A DNA stretch of 41,439 nt from Mesotaenium endlicherianum (lineage: Eukaryota): the NCBI GenBank assembly GCA_009602735.1, contig WELA01002336.1, forward strand, positions 187,853-229,291, written 5' to 3'. Shown in pieces: positions 10,740 to 23,200 of this stretch. The translations under genes were made by a program, and so were the position numbers. The first letter of the stretch is position 1, and every line of letters begins with the position of its first letter. The notes under the pieces were generated by a model. It ran no database searches, was not told where the DNA came from, and saw nothing but the letters and a program-made list of their open reading frames with translations.

Positions 10740-12188
10740 TTACTGACTGTTGCTGTCTTTTAAAGGTTGGTCCTTTCTCTCGATCTTTGGAAGGTGCTTG
10801 ATTGGGCACTGCTCTCTGTAGTGTCCCAGCTGCTGGCAATGGTAGCAAATAGATTTTGCAGAGGCTGGTCTCGGCTTAGTCCTACCACCACCTCTTCTAT
10901 AGCCACCTCGACAGTAACCACCTCTCCCTCTAGACTGCATAGCATTATACTCATACTCATAATCATCACCCTGATCGTCCTCAGCCTGGTCTTGTTTAAT
11001 TGCATTGTGGGAACCGTGGGGCTTTTTGACGAGCTTAGACACCAAAGCATTACTCTGGCGCTTGTGATTGAACTGCTGCTGATCCCAGGCATCAGCATCC
11101 TGGATCAAGTCAGCCAGTTTCTCATATTTCTTTTCAGCAAAATGACCTAAATCCTCGGGCTTCAAGCCATACCTGAAGTATGCGATCCTATACCGCTCTG
11201 GTAAGTCTGGCTGCTTCATCGTGTTCTCCTGGAACTTTTGAGCAAACTCAGCAACTGAAGTGGTCTGCTTCAGTGTCAAGGAGATCATTGCATAGATAGC
11301 TTTCTTTCGCTGATTGATGACATCAAACTTCTCATGCAGTTTCTCGACAAACTCTACCCAAGTAGGGTCACCGAGTTGCTGAGCCTTACGCTCTCCTTTC
11401 CAATACAGCCACCAGTCTGCTGCACTCCCTTTCAGTAGAGCACCAGTGTGCCTGACCTTATTGTAATCCTACAGTGCTGGGTAGTTCCCCAGCCACTGCT
11501 CAACATCAGCGAGAAACTTGATCAGGTAATACTTTTTGTTTTCCTCAAGATCATAGTCCTGAGGAGGTTTTGGCTTAGGCTTACTGGGCCCTCTGCCACC
11601 ACCGCCAATGGTTTGAGAACCCAGTTGGTCTTTGTCACGCAGCAAAGCCATCATGATCCTTTTGTCCTCCTGTTGAAACTGATACATGCTCGCCATTTGC
11701 AATGCATATGAATAAACAAGGCTCTCAGATCTACATTCTGAGGTGGTTGCCCACCAAATGCAACAGCGGCAACATTAGCTCTATTAGTAGCAGCTTCGGC
11801 ATTCCCGATTGCTGCCGCTCCGGCTATGCCTGTTGTGCTCAACTGTCTGCGAATTTGAGGGAGGTATGACAGTAGGTACAGCAGGAGGTTGGTTTCGGAG
11901 ATTGGCCCTTTTTGCTATTTGCTCTTCCACCGTTCTTTCATCAAGGGCCCTCCTGTTCACTGCCTCCTCTACTTGTTTGGCTAAACGCTCATCCTCAGCC
12001 AACTGGGCTGCTACTGCAGCAAGAGCTGCTGCCTGTTCAGCAGCTTCTCTAGCTCTCGCATCGTGCAGCGTTTCCAAGTAGGTACGGGGTCCAAAGACGC
12101 AACTTTCGTCCTGCCCTTCTACAATGTTATCATTGTCCTCACCCTCCATTTCTCGAGAGTTGCTAGTTTGAGACCTAGTCCTTATCAT
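10740..12188 (-). pseudogene. gag: Gypsy gag pseudogene with CCHC zinc knuckle
   Basis: Starts MIRTRSQ just after the PBS. Retrotrans_gag-like LKQTTSVAEFAQKF and YFRYGLKP; RGG-rich stretch followed by CYHCQQLGHYREQC. Frameshifted into several ORFs. Confidence 0.85.
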
Positions 12189-12205
12189 ACACGACTACTA
12201 TAATA

Positions 12206-12220
12206 ACCGCTTCGATACCA
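12206..12220 (-). other. Primer-binding site (tRNA-iMet type) of LTR family A
   Basis: Minus strand TGGTATCGAAGCGGT, 2 nt after the 5' LTR end. Confidence 0.85.
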
Positions 12221-12222
12221 CT

Positions 12223-12927
12223 TGAATAAATTAACTTACCGATAGGCGATTTAACAATTAATATTGATCTTTATATCAGCGAGTAATCTTTATGGTATTT
12301 TCTTTTAATTGATTAAACAGCAAAAGACAACGTACTAGCAGTGGACAATACTCGCAAGTCAAATGCAGTAAACCAGCATCAATAATGCAATCAGTAAACT
12401 CATGCATAAGCAAGGTTTGAAGACAGTGCGTATCAATGGCTTCTCCCTTGGATTCAGATCCCTCTCAGTAAGCAATACAAGAGCGTTGGCCTCGTTTATG
12501 AATGCCGAACTCGAGAGCAATCTCTAGCCTAGGTACATGGAATGAGTTTTACTGTTCAACGGCAAGTGCGATGGCACCGCCTTCCCGGGAGTTAACCACC
12601 TCGGTTATCCAAATCCACCACCATCTCCCATCATCCCAAATCGCCATCCATCCCAAGGATGTCATCTGGCCATTCATCTAGCATCACACTTAGATGCATA
12701 TCTAGGCAGTTCGCTGCTACCGAGTACGGAAGTCAGCTGGCTGTCAAAGAATGTGTCAGCAAGCTGACCTAAGTTGACTTCAGCCTGCTGCTCTCGGCTG
12801 GGTCATTAAACTGATAAATTATATTAAGTCCAACAGACTAAATGTTGACTAGAGTTCAGCAGGCTGAACTTAATTAACTATTTTATATAAATGAATATTA
12901 TATCCACCAATATACTGATTCATTACA
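12223..12927 (-). repeat. LTR (family A), 5' LTR, 705 bp
   Basis: TG...CA ends; direct repeat of 3350-4068; followed by PBS and gag. Confidence 0.92.
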
Positions 12928-13866
12928 CTGACCCAGCCACTTGCTCTTAGCCGTGCCTGCTAATTCTTCACTGCAGGCTCGACTTCCTCAGTTCTTCACT
13001 AAGGACCTTTCTTGCTCCACTTGCTCTTACGTAACAGCAATTAGGCATTCACGACTTCTGAGAACTTAGGAACTAACACATAACTCACTATTTATGTGCT
13101 TTTCGCTCGCTTGTGGTGTTCGTCCTAATTTGCTCTAGAATCTTCTAGTATATCTACTCTGCAAATTCTCCAACTTCCGGACGAGGTATCCTCTTTGAGA
13201 ATTCCTTGCTTCTAGCTTCTTGTGGTATAAAGCGTGAGAACAAGAGTGAATATCTTCAAGCGTCGGCAGCAACGTGCCTCCTCGCGCTCTTTGTGGCCTT
13301 AGGAACTCCTTTTCCTTTGCGCCTTCTCTTTCTTCTCCTTCCTTCTTCCTTCTTTTCCTTACTTCGCCTTTCTGGCAAAATTTAGAGATAATGAGGAAAG
13401 TGTGCGCAACGCTATTGCTTTATCCATGCATGCAATCTCAAAATTACCGTGTCTTAACTTATGTCGCGCGTCAAGGGTCATGCATGCTTGCCTGAGTTTG
13501 GAGACCACACCCCACGTGGTGGCAACGGCATCGTGGCGGTAGTGCCAATGGGCCATGGGCTGAGGTGGCCCGTCGCCTCAATTTTGCCTGACCCGGTCGC
13601 TGCTGGCGTGGCCATTGCTAGCTCAGGCAGGGTCAACCGTATAGCTGAATGGGCTTGCAAATCCCTACCCATTGCTGAGCGTTGGGGTTGACCGAGTTTG
13701 TGTGTGGTCACACTTCACGTGTGACGGACTGAATTTGCGTCCAACGCTTTCTTCTATATGTAAGCAGGATTGGTCGGTGAGGTAACCACTAACCATATCC
13801 GTACCTGAGGGCGCCGTAACTTTCATCACGCGTGCCGCACCGTCAAGTGAGCTTTAAGTCACGACA
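12928..13866 (-). repeat. Right arm of the long diverged inverted repeat (family C)
   Basis: Ends ...AAGTCACGACA. Its reverse complement (TGTCGTGACT...) aligns in colinear blocks with 368-1279. It is cut internally by the family A LTR. Confidence 0.75.
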
Positions 13867-14887
13867 GCGGAGACCTTTCAAAATGAGAGTTTAGAAGCCC
13901 ATGACGAAGTGGTGTCTGGAGGTTGCAAGAGGTATATCATACATGGATCTGGCATATATACATGGTTGCTGATGACGCGTCCATGTCAAGGCCCCTGACA
14001 TCGTCTCGGCTGGTTGAGCCTGGACCGCACGAACCATGGGAGCAGCGTGAGGCAGTAGAAAGGTACAGTTCTATGTGGTTCTATGCAGTAAAAAAGCGAC
14101 TTTTGGGCAACGAACTACCCAAATCAAACTACTCCGTAATAATAAGAAGTATATCAAACGTTGTGAAGCACTTTTCGGCATTCCTCGATGCCAAGTGACA
14201 ACCGTGCTCGCACCGCTTGTCTGGCACTAACGGGGCCCAACCCTGGAAGTTGGCTCCCTATGTCGAACTTCCTGGAAGGGCTCGGTCGAAATCTGAACCA
14301 ACCGAACATTAGCAAAAGTGTGGATCATTTGAGGTGGTTCTCGCACCTTCGTGTCTCTAGAGCTTCCTAATGTATTGTGTCGATTCACGCAATCAATATC
14401 CGCCAGTAGTGTATCTTGGAGCCTTGCCGTGAAGCGATTTGAAATTTATTTCCCCGTCCATAAACTCCGCGGTTGAACACAAGAGTCCTGATCAGAGCTG
14501 AGGGCCGTCGATTCTCGGTGTCCACCATATAGAACGGCGGCTAGTTATGGAACGCGGCCAATGTTCATGCTACATAATCTGACTCTACAGATACAGGACG
14601 AAGGTGCCACAGGAAAGTGGCCACGTCAAAACATTATAGTCAAGGCCCAACGCTCCGTCCACCTGCACGGAAGCTGCAGGCATTCACTTCACCCTTATGC
14701 CCTACCCCTGTTTCAAAGGCAATATCATCAACGATTCTTATTCGGTAGTGTAAGAAGGCACCCGTAGAACTAGATAGTGCTGAGTAAAACTTTTTTGAGG
14801 AAACATAAGTGTACTCGTTGCTCCTGACCTTTACAGAAAGCTGCATTTTGATTCATTCAGGAGTATTCTAGTTTTTAGGCAGGCAGG

Positions 14888-17800
14888 ATGGCAAGCGCAT
14901 GTCTGCTTGTCAGGTCAATCGGGCTCTCCGGACTAGCGTCAGAAAGTAACAGAGGGTGGATTTCTTCAGAGTTTCAAGAGACTCAGCAAGCCCTACTTCA
15001 TTCGTGGCCTAGGCCACAGATCACTAGTGTTGCTTGCCAGGCTCAGGTTGGCAGGGAATACTATGCAGGTGCATCACTTTCAACTGAGACCGAGAGGTCA
15101 GCTAGTCCCAAGAAGAAGCCTGGTAGGAGGCGAAAAGCAGCGGCAGCTACTACATCTGAATTGCTTTCATCTGACTCCGCCGAGTATGGTGTTGGGTCAT
15201 CTGTGAGTTCCAGTAAGAGTATTACTGAGATAGCTGCAGCTCTAGATGCAGCGTACTACAGGGAGACAGGTGAAGAATGGAATGGTGATATTCAAGAGGA
15301 GTCACATTCACATATTCATGAAGTAGGCAATATCTTGGATAAGGTGAACGATCGGGTGGAATACGAAAGTCCCTCTAGCTTAGCTGACGTTAGCAGAATG
15401 CGGAAGGAGAGAAGCGTGTCAAGCAAGTCAGCTACGAAAGCTGCACCATTGCTGAAGACGAAATCAACACAGCAAACCCCGCTGAACAGGAGGGCGGATA
15501 AAGCTGACCAAGCGCAGGCACAAAGTATGGGTGCTGGAAACGAAATTGGTGTTTTGGGGGAGAGAGTCCCTTCTGGCAATGTCGGTAGCGATATTCACAG
15601 AGTCAGTAGGAACATAACAGTGAAGCCTGGGAGCAGGCTCAGGCGGAAAAGAGTAGGAAGGGATGAGCAGCAGAGGCCAGCAGTGGCATCTGCTGCTGCT
15701 TCCTGTGTCAAAATGTTGGAGGAGAACAATATATTTACAAGTGCTGTAGAACTCAAGGAACTCATGGTCAATTATGGGCCAACCTCTGTGGGCTATCACA
15801 ACTGGAGCCCACAGAAGCGTTTGAAGTTGCTGACGAAAGAGGATGAGGTGGAGCTCTTCCTGCTCATGAAGCCAGGCCAGGTATGCGTTACATGTGTCAG
15901 TCTGTGGTTTGGTAGTGAGAAGCTGCTTGTACCGAGCACATCTGACTACATCTGAAGAGTCGTGACTGCATGGCGATGCTGCTGTTAAGAAAATACTGTA
16001 CTGTCAGGCCTGCTCTGTGTCTACTTAGTTCGAGGTGCCAACTTATCTCCAGGTCTGCAATCGTGTAGATGCAATTGGCCTGCTGATTGAATGTCTCCTA
16101 GATTCTTTTGAAGTTTTTGAAGTGGGTGCTCATTGTGTGAAGTTATATGACACACTGTAGATTGCTTTCAGTGGTCGAATGCAGGCAAGTAGCAGTGCAA
16201 GAAGGTTTCATGGCTTATCTTGGAACTGTTGCTAGCAAGAACATGTGTGTCTGGACACGAGCCTCTTCCTATGGACCGCATCAGTCGGGATTCATCATAT
16301 TCAGATATTGGCCAGATGTGGGGATCGCAATGCCATGAGGCACCTATTTCTAACTCTCCCATAGACGTTTCTGTGGGGTGAAGTTATGCATGCCCATGCC
16401 TGCAATATGTGTATGAGGACATTCTCCTTGAGGCGTTTCTATGTGCTGAAGCTGTGCATCCACCTGCTTGCTTGCGACGTGTACGTGTTCTTCTGCTTGC
16501 ATGCTGCAGGACATTCTGAAGCGCAAGGACTTATTGGAGAAGGAGCTTGGCAGGAAGGCGGAGGCGCAGGAGATTGCCCGGGCCTGCGGGCTGCCGCTCG
16601 CCGTCACGGACTGGACGTTGCTTTTGCACGCTGCCGCCCGTAATAAGCTCCTCCAGGTCAGCCCTGGGCCACAACATCTGGCAAGCTCAGGCCTATGCTC
16701 TGCCATGTCAGCAAGCTTATAATTGTGCCCATTTCTGCACTCATGCTCATGCTCAAGCTACAGCTCAAGCTCAGGCGCAAGTACGTATTGTAACACGACA
16801 GCAGTCCGTCAGAGGAAGGAAGGGTTTTGTTTTTATTCCTGTGGGCAGCAGCACATGTGGGCTCCCGCTGTTCTTGTTTTGCCGCAATGGATGTGTTGGG
16901 GTTTTTCAGTGCCTGGCTTGTGATTGAGCGTGGGTATGAAATATGCTAAACCTCGGGAATGAGGCTAGTTTGTATCTCTTTTGGTGAATTCCCTATTCCT
17001 GGTGGTTTCTGAGTGGCACTGGTGGTCAATCTGAATCAGCTGGGGGGATTCATGCGTTCAAACTGTCCATTTTCTTCTAGGCAGAGGTTTCTAGCTTTCT
17101 AGGTGTCTGTGGATGCTCCAGGCAGGATGCTCTCAGAGACCTCATATCGCAAACATAGCTTCTAGCTGGTACATCCACAGATTGGCACTTTTGCTAGAGA
17201 ATCTCCTGCGGGGTGCAGCTTCAGGTGCAGTGATGTAGCTTCAGAGGATGTAGGATTGGCATTTCTCATGTGAGGCTTCGGGAGGCTTCAATTTCCAGCC
17301 ATTGTAACATAGCGAACGCCATGTGGCACCGGTCGTGCTGATAGCAAGGTAGCAAGGATGTGTGCATCCTGTGTGCGTGGCCCTATTGAGACCTAGGCTG
17401 CAAAAAGCCTGCGTGGTTGACCAGAGTCAAGTGCCTGGAACGGTAGCACTGCCGAGTCGCACTTCTTAGCCTGCACCTTTGAGGGGGGAGTCATCTGAAT
17501 TGTGGCAAGAGCTGAGTGCCTTCTTCCCGCGCGCCGGCAGATGTCAATAGCAGCAAGTGGGAAGTTCAGGCACCGCTAAGAACCACTGCGCGAGTTCCCT
17601 GGAGTAGTGCTCGGATGTCTCGCCTCCTTTGCCTGCATGCACGTTCTTACACAAGGCTCCCCTTCTTTCTGGTTGGCCCTCTCTCTCTCTCTCGCTCTCT
17701 CTCTCTCCCTCTCTCCTTCCCCCTCCTCTCTCCTCCTGTGCGTGTTTACGTTTGGGTGCGAACTCTCCTGCAGCACAACCTGGGGCTCATCACGTCTGTG

Positions 17801-19919
17801 GCCAACAAGTACGCCAACGATGTCCCGGGGCTGCACCTGCACGACCTCTACCAGGAGGGCATGAAGGGCCTTGCCAGGGGCATTGACAAGTTCGACCTCG
17901 ACCGAGGTTGCAGGCTGTCCACCTACTGCATGTGGTGGATTCAGGGCGTCATCACGCGCTACATCTCTCATGCTGGCTATTCTGTTGTCATCCCGGCATA
18001 CATCGGAGAGGTACGATTCGCAACACCCGCCCACTCCCGCCCACTACAGACCCCACTTTTTATTGTGGCCCACCCATCCTTTCTCATTACTCCCCCCCTC
18101 GTCCTCTTGCCCTCTTCTCTTTCTTCTTTGTGTCTTTCCTNNNNNNNNNNNNNNNNNNNNNNNNNNNNNNNNNNNNNNNNNNNNNCCTCCCCCCCTCTAT
18201 TAATTGAGTGAATTGGTCTCTTGAGGATATCAATTGTTGGTCAAATTGGTATGTTTTTAGTGGGATCTGGCAGCTGCCATGGAGCAGCAAGCAAGAGAGA
18301 TGCCATTCCTGACCTCTGGATAGAGACCTCTTTTGGTGCATTCTTATTCAACTTTTGATTGGAAGTCCAGCGGTTTACGCTGCTGCCAGTTGGTCATCTA
18401 TTGGCATGATGACCCCCCACCCCCCTCCTATTGTTTTCCAAGCCCCCCCACTTCCTCTCTGCCCCTCTGCCCCCACATCTCACTGCTTTTTATGGCGCAT
18501 TGGTCTCACTAGATCACAGAGCACAGTCGCTAAAGATTGGGTGCCTCCCCTGAGTACAGTGGGAGCATAGATGCAAGCTCGTCAGGTTCCTACCAGGCTA
18601 TTCTGATTGTCTACCTATGGTTGTGGCTGGTCCCTCTTCTTCCCGCTGCAGAAGAAGCTGAGCATCGCGGTGGCGCGCGGGCGCCTGCGCGCCCAGCTGG
18701 GGCGCCAGGCGACGGTGGAGGAGATTGAGCGCGACCTGCGCATGCCCCAGGGCACATACCGGGCCGTCATGGCCGTGTCGCGCATGCACCGCTCGCTCAA
18801 CGAGTCGTACGTGAGTGAGAACGTGCGTGAGGAGTTCGTCTGCGGGGTCACCGAGTTTAACCCGGATACTGCGGGGGAGTTCCCTAACGCGAAAGACTTT
18901 GAGCAGGACCTCGACACCATGGTAAGCCCCCTTCGCCGCTTGGTCTCTGTTCTATCTCTCGCCTCTGCTCCGTCCCTATCCAAGCTCTGTGAAATGCCTA
19001 GCCTCTTCATAGCTTAGCCTGCCCAGCCCTTGCCGAGTTGAGCTCGCTCTAGCTTGGCCGTAGCTTGCGCTAGCTTGCCCAGCCTTCACCGAGCCTGGTT
19101 GTTCTTGCCTAGCCTGCTTCAGTGCTACACAGCTCGGCCCCGGCCTGGTCTGGCTCTGCCCCTGCTGGCACTGTCTGCACCCCCTTTTGGGTGGGCTCAG
19201 CTTAGTCTTGCTTGCAAACTCAGCAGAGGGTTCCAATGCCCCAGTTCTTCCTGGTGTGCAGCCTCGGGATGTCTGCATGTGAATGGACTCAGCCTGTGAG
19301 CTGGTTGGTGGGCCTGTCGTCGTCCAAGGAACATCAAATTGCTGGGGTCTTGTAGAAGTAGCACAGCTGAGGTGTGGTTAGAGTCTACAAGCTGCCGCAG
19401 CCTAGGCACATCAGCCTCGTCTTCCCCTTCCCGCCGCTCATCGAATTCAGCGCGTCCGTCTGTCTACCTGCCTTCCTGCCTGCCTGCCTTCCTCCTGCCT
19501 GCCTACCTGCCTGTCTGCTGCTCCGGAGAGTGCAGTGCAGGAGAGTGCGGCAGAGCTGCTTACTCCCTGTAGTCCTTGGAGCTAGTGCTGCACCGCTGGT
19601 ACCTCTATGCCCTGTCATTTTGAGGTTGAGGAAATTTATGCTTGCGGACTGAACGTGTGTGCGTGTACCTTTATGGTGTGCAATGCAGATGATGAAGATG
19701 AAGCCGAGGGAGAGGACTGCGCTCATCCAGCGGTTTGGGCTCGACGGGCAGGGCGAGCGCAACCTCCGGGAGGTGGGGTCCCACATCGGCGTGTCGCGGG
19801 AGATGGCCCGCCGCTACGAGATGGGCGCACTCGCCGTGATCAGGCAGCCTGCGTGCGTAGAGAAGCTGAGGGGCTACCTTGCAGACGCAAGTAGCAGGAA
19901 GCTGAAGCTTATGCTGTAG
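14888..19919 (+). CDS. SIG5: Nuclear-encoded plastid RNA polymerase sigma factor, SIG5/SigE-like (about 625 aa, 5 exons)
   Basis: Exons 14888-15880, 16510-16656, 17774-18010, 18652-18921 and 19689-19919, all GT-AG phase 0. Sigma-70 region 2: AARNKLLQHNLGLI, DLYQEGMKGL..GIDKFD...GCRLSTYCMWWI. Region 4: MKPRERTALIQRFGLDGQGERNLREVG..IGVSREMARRYE. SIG5-like LFLLMKP and EEFVCGVTE. Ser/Ala-rich N-terminus is compatible with a transit peptide. Confidence 0.9.
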
Positions 19920-20089
19920 ACGGGAGTAGAAGGGGCGGTGTACAGAAGTATATTTGCAGCTTGCCCTTCCGCCTTCTGTGGGATGGGCAAGAGAGTAGGG
20001 GTGGAAATTGAAGAGATGGTGAGGGGGAGGAAGCGAACCTCCTCGCAGCCAATTGGCCTATATTGCAGTGCATTTTGGAAGCGTGGGCC

Positions 20090-20296
20090 GAGCAAAGCTT
20101 GGTCTCTGGAATATTGAAAGGAAGTGGGGAGAAAGGGAGAGCTGAGCGGAAGCTTGATCTCTGGGATATTTAAAGGAGGGTGGCGAGAGGGAAAGCTGAG
20201 CAAAACTTGGTCTCTGGAATATTGAAAGGAGGGGGGAGAAAGGGAGAGCTGAGCGAAGCTTGGTCTCTGGGATATTGGAAGGAGGGGGAAAGGGGA
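20090..20296 (+). repeat. Minisatellite, ~54-bp unit x ~4 in the SIG5 3' region
   Basis: Unit GAGC..AAGCTTGGTCTCTGG(A/G)ATATTGAAAGGAGGGGGGAGAAAGGGAGAGCT, repeated about 3.8 times. Confidence 0.9.
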
Positions 20297-23200
20297 CGTT
20301 CGACTACGTTGTACAGGTGAAGAGCAGTATGTACAAAAGATTAAGTCGTGTAAAGATTATGATTAGTACCTTTGTGGGCCCTCGAGTATGTCACTAACTG
20401 TTGCTTTAGTTTATTGTTGGGATTATGTCTTGCCTAGCTTGCCGTCCTATTGTTGATCTAGACTAGGACAATGCAGACCTGCAGGCCTGGCTTCTAGCAT
20501 TGTATGTTTATGTTTGGATTTCATTTGTACATCGTGATATAATTTCTTAGTAGTGTAAGAGAACTTCTAGCACTATGGATACACATTGGACGCCATCTTG
20601 TGCAGGATAGGATATTTACGATTACTAGATTGTATCCAAACTGCCTGTGCATAGTGTGAACTTACATACTGCCAGTAAACTCCTAAAATTGATATGTGTA
20701 CATTAGAAATGCACTCTTGCACAAACTGTGAATGAGTACCACTGTCATATGTATGTGCATGTGTGAGGTGACATTGCTATTGAGGCCTTTGGCATCAAGA
20801 TTGAAAGACATTAGGCACTTCCTGCCAGTCATTTCAACGCACGCTAAGTCCGTACGGCATGCTTTAAAGCGTCACAACGTTCATACATGGATATCTTTGT
20901 ACAAGTTAAACAATGCTTGACGTCTCTGCGCATGTTTAGTGATTGTAACTCGAGGTGAAAGTCATCCATCTTACCAACCCAAATTTGATACAGTAAGCCT
21001 AGAACTGACAAAATGACATCACATGATGCCACTCAAATGTCAGCTCAGTGTCACACTGTGCACCTAAAATTGGGTAGGATGCATGCACGAACAATAGTCT
21101 CTCTAGCTAATCTGAAGAGCTCATTGTGTCGATGTATGACTGCTCATTATCAGGTCTATAGTGTACTAGCCTGAGCGCGTACATACTCTATCACGACGCA
21201 CATGCTCTGCTCTATCATGGTTGCAACTATACATGCATCTAGAAGGTTTGCAAACTAGGATAATACAGCAACTACCAGACTTACGTACTTCTGTGGGGGC
21301 GTGCACTGGTAGGTGAGTGTAGAATGGACAGGGGCGCATACGATCTTTGATTTTTTCTCGGCCAACTTCTGGCCCTCCCGTGAGGCAGAGCATGAGTAAT
21401 CTCTCTGGGGTGAGCACATGATTGGGATGTGCACGTGTCTGGGCAACACTGTGATTCCTCATGACAGACCAAGGTGTTCATGTTCGGTCTGCCCTCTACA
21501 GAACTCATCATGAGCAGGGGCGACGCCAATCCACGCTTGTGCCGGATGACGGTAGCATTCAGGGAGTAAAGCATGCGTGATAGTATGTGGAGAAAATAGG
21601 GCCCACATAGTAGCTAGGACTTTGGGACACGATGGCCCTCAATTCGCCTGGAGAACATGCTTGTGCTCTCTTCTCCTGCATGTACGCGGCGCTGTGATTG
21701 ACGAGGCGCACTCGTCTGGCACTTGGGTCTAGGTCAGTATTGCTGTATATTTTGTTTTGTTTTCATGCTTTTTGCATCATGTTGTGCACAGTCCTTTCAC
21801 TTGCCCCTAGTTTCAAAAATAACCATAATGTCAGGTACAGAGATGCATGCAGGTTGCATGGAGGCTGCATTGCTGAATCGACCTGCAGAACGCCTGGCAA
21901 AGTTGAGGGACTCCCAATTGACTTGTGAGGGAGGAGGAGGATGGGACCCAGGGCCCACATTGCTTCCTATTAGCATACAGGTCTTGCCCACTAGCTGAAG
22001 GAAGAAAAAACCCTCTGGGTTTGTACGTCGCACGACCTTGAGTTGACTCTCGACAGCTTCTGTAATCCACAACCGGCTCGACGTATGCACTCATTGCCTA
22101 CGACTCCCTTTGTTACAACAGCCTGAATGATGAGCAATTGTACAGGTGTAAGTGATCGATAAAAGGAAGCTGTTGTGGACATGCAGGTTCTGTAAACGTT
22201 GAGTGGATCAATAACTGGATGGTAACTTAACTATCTGCATATCAAATGAAGGGTCACGAGATAAACCATCTGCATGCAGGAAGTGCACCACTACACATCT
22301 ACATGTGCATGCGTCTCCATAGGAAGCTTATAGAACCTCACGGTCCCTCCAGCAAAGATGCACGACGTTGCTGACCAATCACGGGCGTGTAAGCTGCCAC
22401 TAATCTGACACTTGTTTTTGTATGCATAGTAAGAGTTTGGATGATTACTTCTCAATCAAGATGTATCTTGCAGCCTAGATTTGGCTAATTATCAAAACAT
22501 CTGCTCCATTTGAAAAAAATGCGCTATCGTGCCCCCAACTCCGGGAGGAAGTCACAAGTCCAAGGTCCACTGGAGCTGACCTGATTGGCTGTCATACGAA
22601 TATGCCATCATTTCACAGGCTAAATCACATACAAGAACAGAACACCACAGGTAAAAGTAGTGGCAAACCCATAGCTAATATTGGTGTAATTAAATAATAA
22701 ACAGAATGCCAATGGTCTGAGACTCAAAGATGGGACTGGAACCCCCCCTCCTGCCTGGCTCCACCGCCCACGGCCTCTCGCACAGAGCCATGCACGCCCA
22801 GGGGTGGCACCTACGAGAGTTAAATATCTGGCTAGTCTACAAATTAATTTACCCATCATGATCGCGACAGCCGCAACAAAAACCCATTCTGAGAGAAAAA
22901 CAATTGAACAACCAATCCCGCCTGCTCCATCAGGCGCATCCGGCAACCGCAGAGCTTACACAATGAGAAGCCCTACCACACCACATGCCAGGAGAGAGAG
23001 GGCAGATGCACGAGCAATGGACACTTCCATCCCCGCATCAAACTACAATACTACGCCCAAAGAGGGGGGGGGACTATGATAGGGCTCTGCAGGCCAGCCC
23101 CTATCCCTAGCAGGCCTCTTTATTGCTGACCAGGTGTGACAAAACAAGGAACAAATGCGATCAAATGAAACAGAGCCCCCCCCCCTCCTCCTCCCTCCTT

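Larger units (their letters stand above)
3350..12927 (-). mobile_element. Degenerate Ty3/Gypsy LTR retrotransposon complex (family A with nested/recombined family B and a solo LTR)
   Basis: Paired direct LTRs, iMet PBS, PPT and domain order gag-PR-RT-RNaseH-INT on the minus strand. Many stops and frameshifts. Confidence 0.9.

Noticed and set aside
18141..18185. Assembly gaps bordered by C/G runs (also 23425-24414 and 29273-30052)
   Set aside because: Most likely sequencing dropout at homopolymers rather than biology.
14888..19919. Bacterial contamination or recent HGT of a sigma-70 gene
   Set aside because: Spliceosomal introns, a transit-peptide-like N-terminus and SIG5-type motifs indicate a normal plastid sigma factor.
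20090..20296. CRISPR-like array
   Set aside because: Contiguous tandem units without unique spacers, in a eukaryotic context.
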